A program made the translations under genes and the position numbers. The notes beneath the pieces were generated by a model, which saw only the letters and a program-made list of their open reading frames with translations, did not search any database and was not told the DNA's origin. From Candidatus Eiseniibacteriota bacterium (lineage in GTDB: Bacteria; Eisenbacteria; RBG-16-71-46; CAIMUX01; VGJL01), in NCBI GenBank assembly GCA_034679345.1, contig JAXDAY010000028.1:71876-135875 (forward strand): DNA of 64,000 nucleotides. The letters run 5' to 3'. Positions 18,570-28,051 of the stretch are shown here, piece after piece; position 1 is the stretch's first letter; each line of letters begins with the position of its first letter.

Positions 18570-19649
18570 TTAGTCCTCCTCCTCATCGTGGGTCGCAGCA
18601 AAGGCGATCGCTGTTGCCGGGCTCCAGTTCTCCCGCACGCGCAAGTCGGAGCTGTGGTGGTACAGAGCGGTCCCTTGTGTCTTGAAAGTCCGCGCGCCGC
18701 GCCGGACGAGGGCGTTCGTCACCCGCTTCGACGGGTGGGTCGGCTCCCCCTTCGCCGCGACGGAAATGGAGCAGACCTTCCCGTTGGTTTCACCCTCCCT
18801 GACAATCGGGCCAATGAGTCTGTTGAGCAGCATCGGGCCGACATTCCGCTTGCTCCCATGGTGAGGAACCTGGATGTGCATAAGATTCCGGAGGTCCACG
18901 CCGGTCATCCCCGCGAAATCGAGGGCTCGCGAGATCGCATCGACACCCGCGTCCCCCGTGAAGAGAAAGGCCCGCTCGCCGAAGTCCACCCGCAGGACAA
19001 CGGAGGAGTTGTTCTCGGCGGTGACGCAGTCCGGATCCGGCTCCAGAAGCGCATCCTCATTCCACGTCTCGTGGATGGTCTTGAAGAACTTCCGAACCGC
19101 GGCAATGAACGACTTGCCAGTGACCGGCTCCTTGAAGGAGAGGAGGAGTTCTCGGTAGTACGTCTCGGTCGGGCCAAGCACGCGAAGGATGCCGTCCGCT
19201 GTCGCGACTCCCGCGAAGGGTTCCACGATCCGGACCCCCTTCCTCCCCGCGAGGTCCTCGAGGTCGCTCGCAGCGGCCAGTGACCTCTCCAAAGCTGTCG
19301 GTGCCGCTGGTGCACGCGTCCCGATGGCCCTCCTGAGCGCCTTGATCTGCTCGGCGTGCTCCCACGGCCTGTGCATGAGGAGCGTGCCGACAGATAGTTC
19401 CTCGAGGATGACCCGAAGACCCGACACATGGTCGTTATCCGGATGCGTAGAGAACACATAGTCGACGTGGCTCGTCCCGTACACATCGCGGATGTGCCGA
19501 ACGAGGTCCTCGCCGGACTTCTGGAAACCTCCGTCGACCACGACCACCGTCTGCGTCCTAGAACTGCTCAGGTCGCCGTATCGGAACGCGATCGCATCGC
19601 CGCTGGCCGATTCATCCCCTACCGGCCGGTAATCAACCTCGTAACTCAT
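18570..19649 (-). CDS. MBL-fold metallo-hydrolase
   Basis: STHPDNDHVSG (an HxHxDH-type variant), later HHGSKRN, and the beta-lactamase fold spacing. Confidence 0.8.
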   Translation of the reverse strand: MSYEVDYRPVGDESASGDAIAFRYGDLSSSRTQTVVVVDGGFQKSGEDLVRHIRDVYGTSHVDYVFSTHPDNDHVSGLRVILEELSVGTLLMHRPWEHAEQIKALRRAIGTRAPAAPTALERSLAAASDLEDLAGRKGVRIVEPFAGVATADGILRVLGPTETYYRELLLSFKEPVTGKSFIAAVRKFFKTIHETWNEDALLEPDPDCVTAENNSSVVLRVDFGERAFLFTGDAGVDAISRALDFAGMTGVDLRNLMHIQVPHHGSKRNVGPMLLNRLIGPIVREGETNGKVCSISVAAKGEPTHPSKRVTNALVRRGARTFKTQGTALYHHSSDLRVRENWSPATAIAFAATHDEEED

Positions 19650-19799
19650 GGAATATCCCTTTCCGTCTTCGGTGCGGAGTGTGACCGCTTTCCGAGAGTG
19701 TTACTGATCGGATCTCCTGGGCTCATCGCGCGGAGGAGCCCTAACACGTGGCACTGTAAGCGGTTTTTTGTGAACAGTCAAGCAACGAAAAAGCGCCGC

Positions 19800-20537
19800 T
19801 CATTCCTCCATCTGCAACCGCATCTGGTCCAAGGAGTTCGGGAGTGCACCGAGCTCCTGGAGCCGGTGATTCACGACCTGCATGCTGACGTCGAACATCC
19901 GCATGATCTCGCGGACGATCGTCTCCAACATCCTGTCGCCAGCTGCATCGAGTAGGGAGGTGAATCCCCGATCATCGAGCAACGAACGGACTGCATCAAG
20001 GGTCTCTCGCTTCGGCAGAAGGAGGCTCGCCATTCCACGATTGGCCTGGTACTCCCACCACTTTCCATCGTACCCGCTTCCCGAATCACGGAAACGCCAG
20101 AGGGAATCCCCTCGGCACATGATCTTCGGTTCGTCAGGCGGCGGGTCACCGAAGAGCGACTGCGTGGCTGTGTCGACGAGGTAGAGCTGGGTGTGCATGA
20201 CGACGTGGGCGCATTCATGCGCCAGCGTGCTCCGGAAACGACGCCGGGCGACGTCATCGTGTTCAGCGGCTTCGGAGAGTTCCCGGCTGATGAATACCTC
20301 ACAGCGCCCGTCGCCGTGGAAGTGCGTCTTGCCGAGGATCCCTTCGGGGAGCGGGATGTAGTCGGGAACGATGTTGTGGGCCCTTTCGAGGACCGCCTCG
20401 ACATCGACCCCACGACCCGCAGTGAAATGCGGGACATCGGCACGTTGCCGGGATTCATCCATGATGAGATCGAACTCATGGCTCTCGAACCAGATCGTCT
20501 GCCCCCAGGGGCTTGCTGGGTCTCGCCGTGTCCTCAT
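19800..20537 (-). CDS. ImmA/IrrE-family metallopeptidase
   Basis: LAHECAHVVMH is the HEXXH motif. Its start overlaps the stop of the upstream XRE gene as ATGA. Confidence 0.8.
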   Translation of the reverse strand: MRTRRDPASPWGQTIWFESHEFDLIMDESRQRADVPHFTAGRGVDVEAVLERAHNIVPDYIPLPEGILGKTHFHGDGRCEVFISRELSEAAEHDDVARRRFRSTLAHECAHVVMHTQLYLVDTATQSLFGDPPPDEPKIMCRGDSLWRFRDSGSGYDGKWWEYQANRGMASLLLPKRETLDAVRSLLDDRGFTSLLDAAGDRMLETIVREIMRMFDVSMQVVNHRLQELGALPNSLDQMRLQMEE

Positions 20538-20896
20538 TTTCCTTTCTTCTTCTTCCGCTGCTCTTCTTCCTCCAGCCTCCGTAGAATCTCCCGGGGGTCC
20601 TTTCCCGTGTCCCGCATGCGACGGAGCATGTCCCTCACGCCTGGTGTCGCGTCAGCCCACGCCCGAACATCGGGGTCGATCCGTGTATCGAGCTTGGAAA
20701 GCTCCGGCAACGACGCCCCGACCTCTTTCAGCGCGTCCACCATCCGCTTCAGTAGAGGTGGAGGTGGCCTACGCCGGTCGTGCTCGATGTCCGACTGGTA
20801 CGCTGCGGAGATCTCCATCGTCTCTGCGAATTTGCGAAGCGTGATGCCGGCTTCTGTGCGTAAACGTCTGATTTCCTGCCCCAGAGTTGGACCCAT
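20534..20896 (-). CDS. XRE-family HTH transcriptional regulator, partner of ImmA
   Basis: IRRLRTEAGITLRKFAETMEISAAYQSDIEHDRR is an XRE HTH. The C-terminus is lysine-rich. Confidence 0.8.
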   Translation of the reverse strand: MGPTLGQEIRRLRTEAGITLRKFAETMEISAAYQSDIEHDRRRPPPPLLKRMVDALKEVGASLPELSKLDTRIDPDVRAWADATPGVRDMLRRMRDTGKDPREILRRLEEEEQRKKKKGK

Positions 20897-20970
20897 GACC
20901 TTATGTTAGCTTACGATTGTGAACAAGTCAATCCCTGTCACTCAGAAGACTACCTACCGATTTGAAGGGC

Positions 20971-21414
20971 TCAGTCGGCATCACCTTCTGATTCTTCCTT
21001 GAGGAACCGCCCAATGAGGTCCCTACAGGTCCTGGTCGGCCGGTGCCTCCCCTTCTCCCAGTCGAGCACCGAGCTCGGGTCGACCCCTAGTCGCAGGGCG
21101 AGGTCGGCGTGGGAGAGCCCGAACCGGCGACGGGTCGCCCGAAGCCGTTCTCCGAGCGTGGACCCGGTCTCGGTCGGGTCGTAGCCGAGGAACCGTAGCA
21201 CCCCCGGGAGCGCCCGGAGGTTCGGTGAGGCGGTTCCCGCCTCCCAGTTGAAGACCGTGGTCGGATCGACTCCGATACGCAACGCAACCTCGCGCTGCAG
21301 GAGGCCGAGGTCCAGGCGGCGCTTGCGGACGTGGTCGCCCAGAGAGCGGAGTTCCGTAGGGTATTCCGGCGCAAGGGGTTTCGGGCATCGGAGTTCCAAG
21401 TGGCAGAATGGCAA
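20971..21414 (-). CDS. XRE-family regulator with two tandem HTH domains
   Basis: Two HTH units: LRSLGDHVRKRRLDLGLLQREVALRIGVDPTTVFNWEAG and LGERLRATRRRFGLSHADLALRLGVDPSSVLDWEKG. Confidence 0.75.
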   Translation of the reverse strand: MPFCHLELRCPKPLAPEYPTELRSLGDHVRKRRLDLGLLQREVALRIGVDPTTVFNWEAGTASPNLRALPGVLRFLGYDPTETGSTLGERLRATRRRFGLSHADLALRLGVDPSSVLDWEKGRHRPTRTCRDLIGRFLKEESEGDAD

Positions 21415-21908
21415 CGCAGGGATGTCCCTGCGGATTCCTCGGCGACCCGAGGCGCGCCTGCCAATGCAGCCCCACGCGAATCCAGCAGTACCGTGGCCGT
21501 GTGAGCGGGCCGCTCATGGACCGGATCGACCTCCACATCGAGGTGGCGCGCGTCCCGATCGAGGCGCTCGACAGCGATCAGCCGGGCGAGTCTTCGGCAA
21601 ACGTCCGCCGCCGCGTGATCGCCGCGCGCGAGATCCAGCAGCGTCGCTTCGTGCAGGCGCCGGGCATCCACACGAATGCCCAGATGTCGATCCGTCACCT
21701 GTTCGAGCACGCGCAACCCGACGGGCGCGGGCGCGCGCTGCTCAAGATGGCGGGGGAGCGGATGGGGTTCTCGGGGCGGGCGTTTCACCGCGTCATGCGC
21801 GTCGCGCGCACGATCGCGGATCTCGACGGATGCGAGACGGTGGGAGAGAAGCAGATCGCCGAGGCGATCGGATACCGGGTGCTGGATCGGCAGAGCCCCG
21901 ACTCGTAG
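21408..21908 (+). pseudogene. comM: comM/yifB (Mg-chelatase-like AAA+ competence protein) 3' fragment; the N-terminal ~330 codons are absent
   Basis: GCPCGFLGD...RVSGPLMDRIDLHIEV...FHRVMRVARTIADLDGCETVGEKQIAEAIGYR matches the ComM/YifB C-terminal third. There is an in-frame stop at 21357 and the upstream sequence is not ComM-like. Overlaps the divergent XRE gene start. Confidence 0.8.
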
Positions 21909-21923
21909 CGAGGATCGCGGGCT

Positions 21924-23021
21924 CTACCGGAACAGCCAGCGCATCTTGCCCCAGCTCACCGCCTCGACCGCCGTATCGATGCATCCGAGGCCACGCGCGC
22001 CGATCACGCCGCACTGCACGCCTCCATGCTCACCCGGAAGACAGGGCGAGCTCTCGAGCAGCCCCACGTCACCGCTGTCCGGATCGCAGAAGAGGGGATC
22101 CTCCGAGAAGTTCCCATGCGACGGCAGATTGTCGCACCACCAGCCCCGGTAGTCCCCGAGCTCGTTTCCCCATACGTCGCAGCACTCCAACGACTTGACG
22201 TTGAAGTCACATTCCACGCCATAGCCGTTGATCGTCTCCGCGATGATGCAGTGGGACACGGCACCTGCCCAATCACCCATATTGTCTGCCAGAGTACTCC
22301 CGAACCCACTGCGAACCTCGTTCCGGAACAGCGTACAGCGATGCATGCTGTGAACGATCGTCGCCGATACAGCCGCCCCATCATCCGACTTGTTCCCGAT
22401 GAAGATGCATTCCTCCATTGTGAGGTTTCCCGCGTCCACTGCCCCTCCCAAGCGACCCGACTCATTGTCGATGAAGACGCATCTCCGTATCTCTGTCGGG
22501 TCTGCCCCCGACTTGATCGCTCCACCGGTGTTCGACTCGTAGCTTGGATCCGTCGACTTGTTGTTGTAGAAGGTGCAATCCTCGACGATAAGCGACCCGT
22601 ACCCACGGATCGCTCCTCCACCGCTCAAGACGCTCTCATTGCTGTCGAATGTACAATTCCTAACAACGAGCTCTCCACCTCCGAATAGAAGTGGGGATCC
22701 TTCATTGAAGATCCGTAGATTCTCGACCATCGCATCGATGTGATCAAACAACATGCTGATCCGCAATGCGGTCTCTTCAGGACGGGAACCAGCGCCACGG
22801 ATCGTTAATGGTCCTTGAGTCAACCGGTTGTCGAATACATCGAGGCCATCGTATTCATCGTACGTTCCTGGCTCGATGAGGACTGAGTCCCCTCCGCTCG
22901 CTGCTAGAACTGCCTCCCGCACGAGCATGAAGTCCCCCCCTCCCCCCTGATCGACGATCCAGGTACGCGCGAGAACCGGAGCGGCAATCAGTACCAAGGC
23001 GACCGTGACGATGACACGCAT
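21924..23021 (-). CDS. secreted right-handed parallel beta-helix repeat protein
   Basis: Signal peptide MRVIVTVALVLIAAPVLA. Repeated G-rich beta-helix rungs (NCTFDSNES, EDCTFYNNKS, RRCVFIDNES, EECIFIGNKS). Confidence 0.75.
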   Translation of the reverse strand: MRVIVTVALVLIAAPVLARTWIVDQGGGGDFMLVREAVLAASGGDSVLIEPGTYDEYDGLDVFDNRLTQGPLTIRGAGSRPEETALRISMLFDHIDAMVENLRIFNEGSPLLFGGGELVVRNCTFDSNESVLSGGGAIRGYGSLIVEDCTFYNNKSTDPSYESNTGGAIKSGADPTEIRRCVFIDNESGRLGGAVDAGNLTMEECIFIGNKSDDGAAVSATIVHSMHRCTLFRNEVRSGFGSTLADNMGDWAGAVSHCIIAETINGYGVECDFNVKSLECCDVWGNELGDYRGWWCDNLPSHGNFSEDPLFCDPDSGDVGLLESSPCLPGEHGGVQCGVIGARGLGCIDTAVEAVSWGKMRWLFR

Positions 23022-23188
23022 GACGAAGACTCCTTGCCCGGAAGGGCAGCCCGAAGGCCGCCCCTCCGCTCTCCCGCTACCGCAGGACGGTTACGCGACG
23101 GCTTTCTGCTCCGGAGCCCCATGTAAGGCGATACCAGTATACGCCGCTTGCCACGGGCCGCCCTCCCGGGTTGGGACCGATTCCTAGC

Positions 23189-23527
23189 CTAAATACGCAA
23201 CTCCCGCTGGATCAGGAAACGGGATCGGGTCAGCCCGTCGCCGAGAACCCTCAGGGGCTTCTCCCACATGAAGATCTCAGGATCCGTTGGATCGTCATGC
23301 CCTTCTTCTCGATACACTCCAGGCCGGATCAGGACGGAGTCCCCTGCGGAAGCTGCCTCACACGGGGCGGCTACGGAGGCGAAGTCCCCGGTGCCGTCCT
23401 GCGCGACGATCCAGGTGCGGGCCAGACTCGGACGGGCGGCAGCGACGAGCCACAGCCACCCGATAGCGAGAAAACACGATGATATCAATGATGGTTGAAT
23501 AGTCCCCAGAAGTGGCGGTTGGGACAT
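23189..23527 (-). pseudogene. truncated paralog (N-terminal ~110 aa) of the beta-helix protein
   Basis: ARTWIVAQDGTGDFASVAAPCEAASAGDSVLIRPGVY aligns with ARTWIVDQGGGGDFMLVREAVLAASGGDSVLIEPGTY of 21924..23021. The ORF ends after 112 aa. Confidence 0.55.
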
Positions 23528-23834
23528 CCTGAGTGTCCGGGAGAGGTTGAAGAGGCAGGCAAGAGAACGTCGGCGTCGTCACAGCCGAGGACTACCCCCA
23601 GAGAAGGAGAAACTGATCCGCCCGTCGTCGTTTCGCGAAGTCTGTGTCTATTCCGAGCCTGATGTGTCCCATTTCAGTCGACTCCGCCTCACTGCAAAGT
23701 CCGTCCTCCGTTTCCAGGTGCCGCTCCCGCATGCGCGAATGGACGAGCGCCCGCCCGACGGCGCCGACGGCCCGCCGGAGCGGAGCGCTCATCCTATGTC
23801 GGGGAGCTGCTCCGGAAACGCCTCGCCGGGACCG

Positions 23835-25445
23835 TTATTCAAGCCGGATCATCCTCACCGTCTCGGAGGCGTCGCCCACGCGCAGCATGGAGTAGTAGAC
23901 GCCACTGGCAAGCTTGCCTCCATTCAGCTCGCGCTCGTAGTCGCCCGCGGGAAGCGCGCCCTCCACGAGGACGGCAATCTCCTTGCCCTGTAGATCGTAA
24001 ACGGCGAGCCGCACGGGTACCGGGGATCGGCCCTCAGACATCGGAATCCTGAAGCGGATCGTGGTCAGTGGCCTGAACGGATTCGGCTCACTCCGGAGCT
24101 GGAGGGCAGCACGAGTCCCAATCGGAACTCCGGCCCCCGGCGCCGCCGCCGGAGTCTGCGAGTATTTGATCGTCGCGAGATCGAGGCCCGTGCCGTCGCC
24201 GCCGCTCTGGCCCGACACGTAGACTCCGCCAAAGGCATCCACGTCGATCGCGTGCGGGGTATCGTAGAAATTCCCCGGACCGTTGTACCTCTCGACCCAG
24301 CGGGTCGTACCCGATGGATCGTAGGCGATGGTGGCGTAGTCATAGAGGGTCACATCATCGCCGTAGCTGATCCCGGTGACGTATGCGTTCCCCTGATCGT
24401 CCACCGCGATCGCGTTTGCATTTTCGGAAGTCTCCGCGGACCCGTACCTCTGGACCCAGATCTCGTTGCCTGCGGCGTCGTACTTCACGGTCGCGAAATC
24501 ATCCGCGCTGTTCCCCGCCACGAAGACGTTTCCGGACGGGTCAATCGCCAATGAAGAAGCGTAGTCATAATCCACTCGAAACTCGGTCGAGGGACCGTCG
24601 TATCGTCCCACCCACAGGTCCGTTCCGCCCGGGTCGTACTTGATCGTGGCATAGTCGAAGTTCGTGCCCGCACCAACGCTCATGCCGGTAACATAGATGT
24701 TACCCGCGGCGTCGACCTTGACCTCGCTGGCTGAATCGGTGGAGTTGCCGGGACCGTCGTAGCTCCGGACCCATTGCTCAACGCCTTCGAAGTCGTACAT
24801 GATCGTCGTGTAATCAGAGTCGCTTCGTCCCGTCACCACGATGCCGGATGCAGTCACAGCAATGGACGCGGCGACATCCTCGCCGGCGCCGCTGTCAAAT
24901 CGCCGGACCCACACCTCCTCGCCGATCGGGCTGTATTTGATCGTGGCGTAGTCGAGGCTCGTGCCGTCTCCTGTGCTGTAGCCCGTGACATACACGTTCC
25001 CATCCGGATCGACTGCAATTGAGGTGGCGACGTCCTCTTCGAAGACCGGTCCTTCGTAAATTCGGATCCATTGCTGCTCGCCCAATGAGTCGTACTTGAT
25101 CGTCAAGTAGTCGGCGCCAAAGCCTTGGCTTGATCCTGTGACATAGACGTTGCCGAGGTCATCGAGCGCGATGTCGAAGCCGACATCATGGGAGCTTCCG
25201 TCGAAAGTCCGTACCCATTGCTCGTTGCCCGCTGTGTCGTACTTGATCGTCACGCAGTCCGTGCCGAAATCCGCGGAGATGGTCCCGGTGACATATACGT
25301 TGCCCGACGCGTCGGCTTTCAAGTCGTAGGCGACGTCATTGAAGCTCGCGGGACCGTCATATCGTGCGACCCATTCCTGTTGGACCTGAGCGGAGGCGGC
25401 CGAGAGGACTGAGAGGAGGAGCAACGTCAAAGCAAGCATTCTCAT
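23835..25445 (-). CDS. SBBP beta-propeller repeat protein with a T9SS-type C-terminal sorting domain
   Basis: Signal peptide. About 10 repeats of DxxGNVYVTG...DYxTIKYD. C-terminal tail PNPFRPLTTIRFRIP...VYDLQGKEIAVL...SGVYYSML. Confidence 0.8.
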   Translation of the reverse strand: MRMLALTLLLLSVLSAASAQVQQEWVARYDGPASFNDVAYDLKADASGNVYVTGTISADFGTDCVTIKYDTAGNEQWVRTFDGSSHDVGFDIALDDLGNVYVTGSSQGFGADYLTIKYDSLGEQQWIRIYEGPVFEEDVATSIAVDPDGNVYVTGYSTGDGTSLDYATIKYSPIGEEVWVRRFDSGAGEDVAASIAVTASGIVVTGRSDSDYTTIMYDFEGVEQWVRSYDGPGNSTDSASEVKVDAAGNIYVTGMSVGAGTNFDYATIKYDPGGTDLWVGRYDGPSTEFRVDYDYASSLAIDPSGNVFVAGNSADDFATVKYDAAGNEIWVQRYGSAETSENANAIAVDDQGNAYVTGISYGDDVTLYDYATIAYDPSGTTRWVERYNGPGNFYDTPHAIDVDAFGGVYVSGQSGGDGTGLDLATIKYSQTPAAAPGAGVPIGTRAALQLRSEPNPFRPLTTIRFRIPMSEGRSPVPVRLAVYDLQGKEIAVLVEGALPAGDYERELNGGKLASGVYYSMLRVGDASETVRMIRLE

Positions 25446-25840
25446 GCTGAAGCCCTTCCCAAATCCCGCGGCCGGGACGTTGAATCAACATTCCGGCATT
25501 CCAGACCGGGCCGCTTGATGAGCGCACCGGTCGAGTTCCCATAACCCATCGATGCTACGCGGGCTTCCGAGGTGGGTCGAGCCCCTCGACCTCATAAGGC
25601 TTCCTCCTCATGGCGCGGCCATCGGGACCGCCGGAAGTGGGGTCGAGCGCGTGGACACGAAAGCGCATCCACGCGGCGCAGGATCTACGGTAGGGAATCC
25701 TTCGGTGGCTCGCCCGCAAGCTCCCCTGACGGCGCATCTTGCGGCGACGGCGGACCGCATCGGGTCGGCCGGCCTGGACCGGCGCCCGCCGCGAGCCTAG
25801 AATTGCCCTGCTCCTGCAATTGGGGAAGGAGGGAGCGATT

Positions 25841-27994
25841 ATGGGCCGCCTGTCGTCCCGGTTGTCGATCCTCTTGGTTCTCGTCTTCGCGATCTCTTCG
25901 AACGCCCCCGCGACTCCACCCGATGCCCCGAGCTTTCTCTCCTCGACGCTGTGGAGCAATCCAAACTCGGTGCGCATCCACGACGACACGGCCTATGTCG
26001 TCTATCCGAACGGTCTCGCCGTCTTCGACGTCTCGGACCCAACGACTCCGGCTCTGCTCGGACGCGCCTACTCGCCTGGTTGGCTGTCACGGCTGGAGCT
26101 GATGTGGCCGTACGCCTTCGTCGGCTCGACCGACCGCATCCGGATCTTCGACGTCTCCGATCCGACGTCCCCGCGCGAGATCAGCTCCTACGCGGCATCG
26201 GGGGAGCTGGGCGACTTCGCGTTCGCCAAGAACCTCGCATACATCGAAGCTGGCGACTACGAGCGGACGCTCGAGATCGTCGACTTCAGCGATCCGACCG
26301 CTCCGGTCCTGCTCGGTTCCTGCGTTGCCCCAGGGATGAGCGTCGCGGTCTCCGGGGAGTACGTCTATTTGCCGTCGTACCACGAGGGTGTCTTCATCGT
26401 CGACGTGTCCGACCCTCATCAGCCATATGTGGCCGGTCATTGGGACATGGGGATCTTCTTCACGATTCGCGTTCACGGGGACCGCGCCTACTGCATCTGG
26501 AACAGCGGCGAGGAAGAGCAGGGGGAGAACGGTGAGGATCTGCGCGACGATAGCGGCGTGATCGTCTATGACATTTCCGAACCGTTCGAGCCGGTCTACC
26601 TCGGGGAATACCGGGCGCAGTTCGGTGCGGAGTGGGTGAGCGAAATCTACTTCGATGGCGGCCTCGCCTACCTCACCCCCGGCCCTGGAACCGCCCTGAT
26701 CCTGGACTTCTCCGATCCTTCGAATCCGGTCGTTGTCGGCAACCTCGTCACCGACGGCGACTTCCGGGATCTCGATTTCCAGGGCGATGTGATGTACATC
26801 GCCGACGGGCGCAACGGCCTGGTCAGTGCGGACGTGAGCGACCCGGCCGAGCCGTCCGTCCTCGGGAGTTGGTGGGAGGCTTCGTACCCTTCGGGAGTCG
26901 CCGTCGACGATCGGGCCGCATTCATCGCCGACGGGGTTTTCGGCCTGCACGTCCTTGACGTCCACGATCCCCTCCATCCCGTCGTGATCTCGCGGCTTCC
27001 GATGATCGATCCTCCGGACAACCTGGACGTGGCCGGCGAGTATGCGATTGGCTGGGACTCTCAGACCGGAATCGACGTCATCGATGTCGCCGCGCTCGGT
27101 CAACCGGAGCGGGTCGCGCACCTGGACGTTCCGGCCAGCGGGCTCGCCGTCGCAGGCGACGTCGCGTATGTCGTCCGAAGCGCCCAGTTCACCTCGATCG
27201 ATCTCTCCGATCCGCGCCATCCCATGGTCCTCGGCGGCTGCGCAATTCCTGAGTACGCGGGTTACGATGTCTGCGCGCACGGTGGCCTCGCCTACGTTGC
27301 CAACGGGGACGCGGGCCTCGTCATCGTCGACGTCTCGGATCCGGCGAATCCGTTCCGGCGCGGATCCTGCGACCTCTACGACCGGCCTTACAACGTCGTG
27401 ACCGACGGTTCGGTCGTCTACGCGGGCCTCTCGCACTACAAGCTCGGCGTCTTCGACGTCACAAACCCGGACCAGCCATACTTCGTGCGCGAGATCGTGC
27501 TCCCCGGAGGGCTGGGGATGATGCAGATCGTCGAGGATCGCCTCTTCGTCGACGCGACGCCCGGGATCCGCGTCTACGATATCTCGGATCCTCGAGATCC
27601 CGTCGAGGTCGGTAGCGCGGACGTGATTGCCGGGAGGTTCGACATCCACGGGCCGTTCCTCTACTTCGTCGGCGGCTCGTTCCTCGTCCTCGGGCCGGCA
27701 GCGGCGGACGTCAATGCGGAGATCGTGAGCCTCGAAGATCATCTTCGCGTCGTGGCGGCCGACCCCGTGTGCGCCGAGGCGAGGATTCGTGTGCACCTGG
27801 GCCGGGCAGGAGATCTGACCGTCTCGGTCTTCGACCTGGCCGGCCGGCTCGTCGCGACGCTCTACGATGGCGCCGCGGAAGCGGGGGAGCACTCCCTTCG
27901 CTGGGAGCCGGGCCCCGCCCCAGCGGGGGTCTACTTCGTACGGGCCGAGTCTCAGGGACGATTGGCGAGCCGGATGATGCACCGCATCCGGTAG
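25841..27994 (+). CDS. LVIVD-repeat protein with a T9SS-type C-terminal sorting domain
   Basis: ATG at 25841 after GGAAGGAGGGAG. Signal peptide. Repeated G(L/V)xV(F/I/V)DVSDPxxP units. C-terminal VSVFDLAGRLVATL...AGVYFVRA. Confidence 0.8.
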   Translation: MGRLSSRLSILLVLVFAISSNAPATPPDAPSFLSSTLWSNPNSVRIHDDTAYVVYPNGLAVFDVSDPTTPALLGRAYSPGWLSRLELMWPYAFVGSTDRIRIFDVSDPTSPREISSYAASGELGDFAFAKNLAYIEAGDYERTLEIVDFSDPTAPVLLGSCVAPGMSVAVSGEYVYLPSYHEGVFIVDVSDPHQPYVAGHWDMGIFFTIRVHGDRAYCIWNSGEEEQGENGEDLRDDSGVIVYDISEPFEPVYLGEYRAQFGAEWVSEIYFDGGLAYLTPGPGTALILDFSDPSNPVVVGNLVTDGDFRDLDFQGDVMYIADGRNGLVSADVSDPAEPSVLGSWWEASYPSGVAVDDRAAFIADGVFGLHVLDVHDPLHPVVISRLPMIDPPDNLDVAGEYAIGWDSQTGIDVIDVAALGQPERVAHLDVPASGLAVAGDVAYVVRSAQFTSIDLSDPRHPMVLGGCAIPEYAGYDVCAHGGLAYVANGDAGLVIVDVSDPANPFRRGSCDLYDRPYNVVTDGSVVYAGLSHYKLGVFDVTNPDQPYFVREIVLPGGLGMMQIVEDRLFVDATPGIRVYDISDPRDPVEVGSADVIAGRFDIHGPFLYFVGGSFLVLGPAAADVNAEIVSLEDHLRVVAADPVCAEARIRVHLGRAGDLTVSVFDLAGRLVATLYDGAAEAGEHSLRWEPGPAPAGVYFVRAESQGRLASRMMHRIR

Positions 27995-28051
27995 ACCATC
28001 CTTCGTCGGGGAACCGAGAAAGCGGCATCGAGCGGCGGGCAGTTCACCGTG

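Noticed and set aside
1301-21427. 10/11-nt match GAATGcCAACG (about 1305) against GAATGgCAACG (about 21405) as possible island direct repeats.
   Set aside because: About one such match is expected by chance in 64 kb on two strands. Serine-recombinase integration also does not generate long direct repeats.
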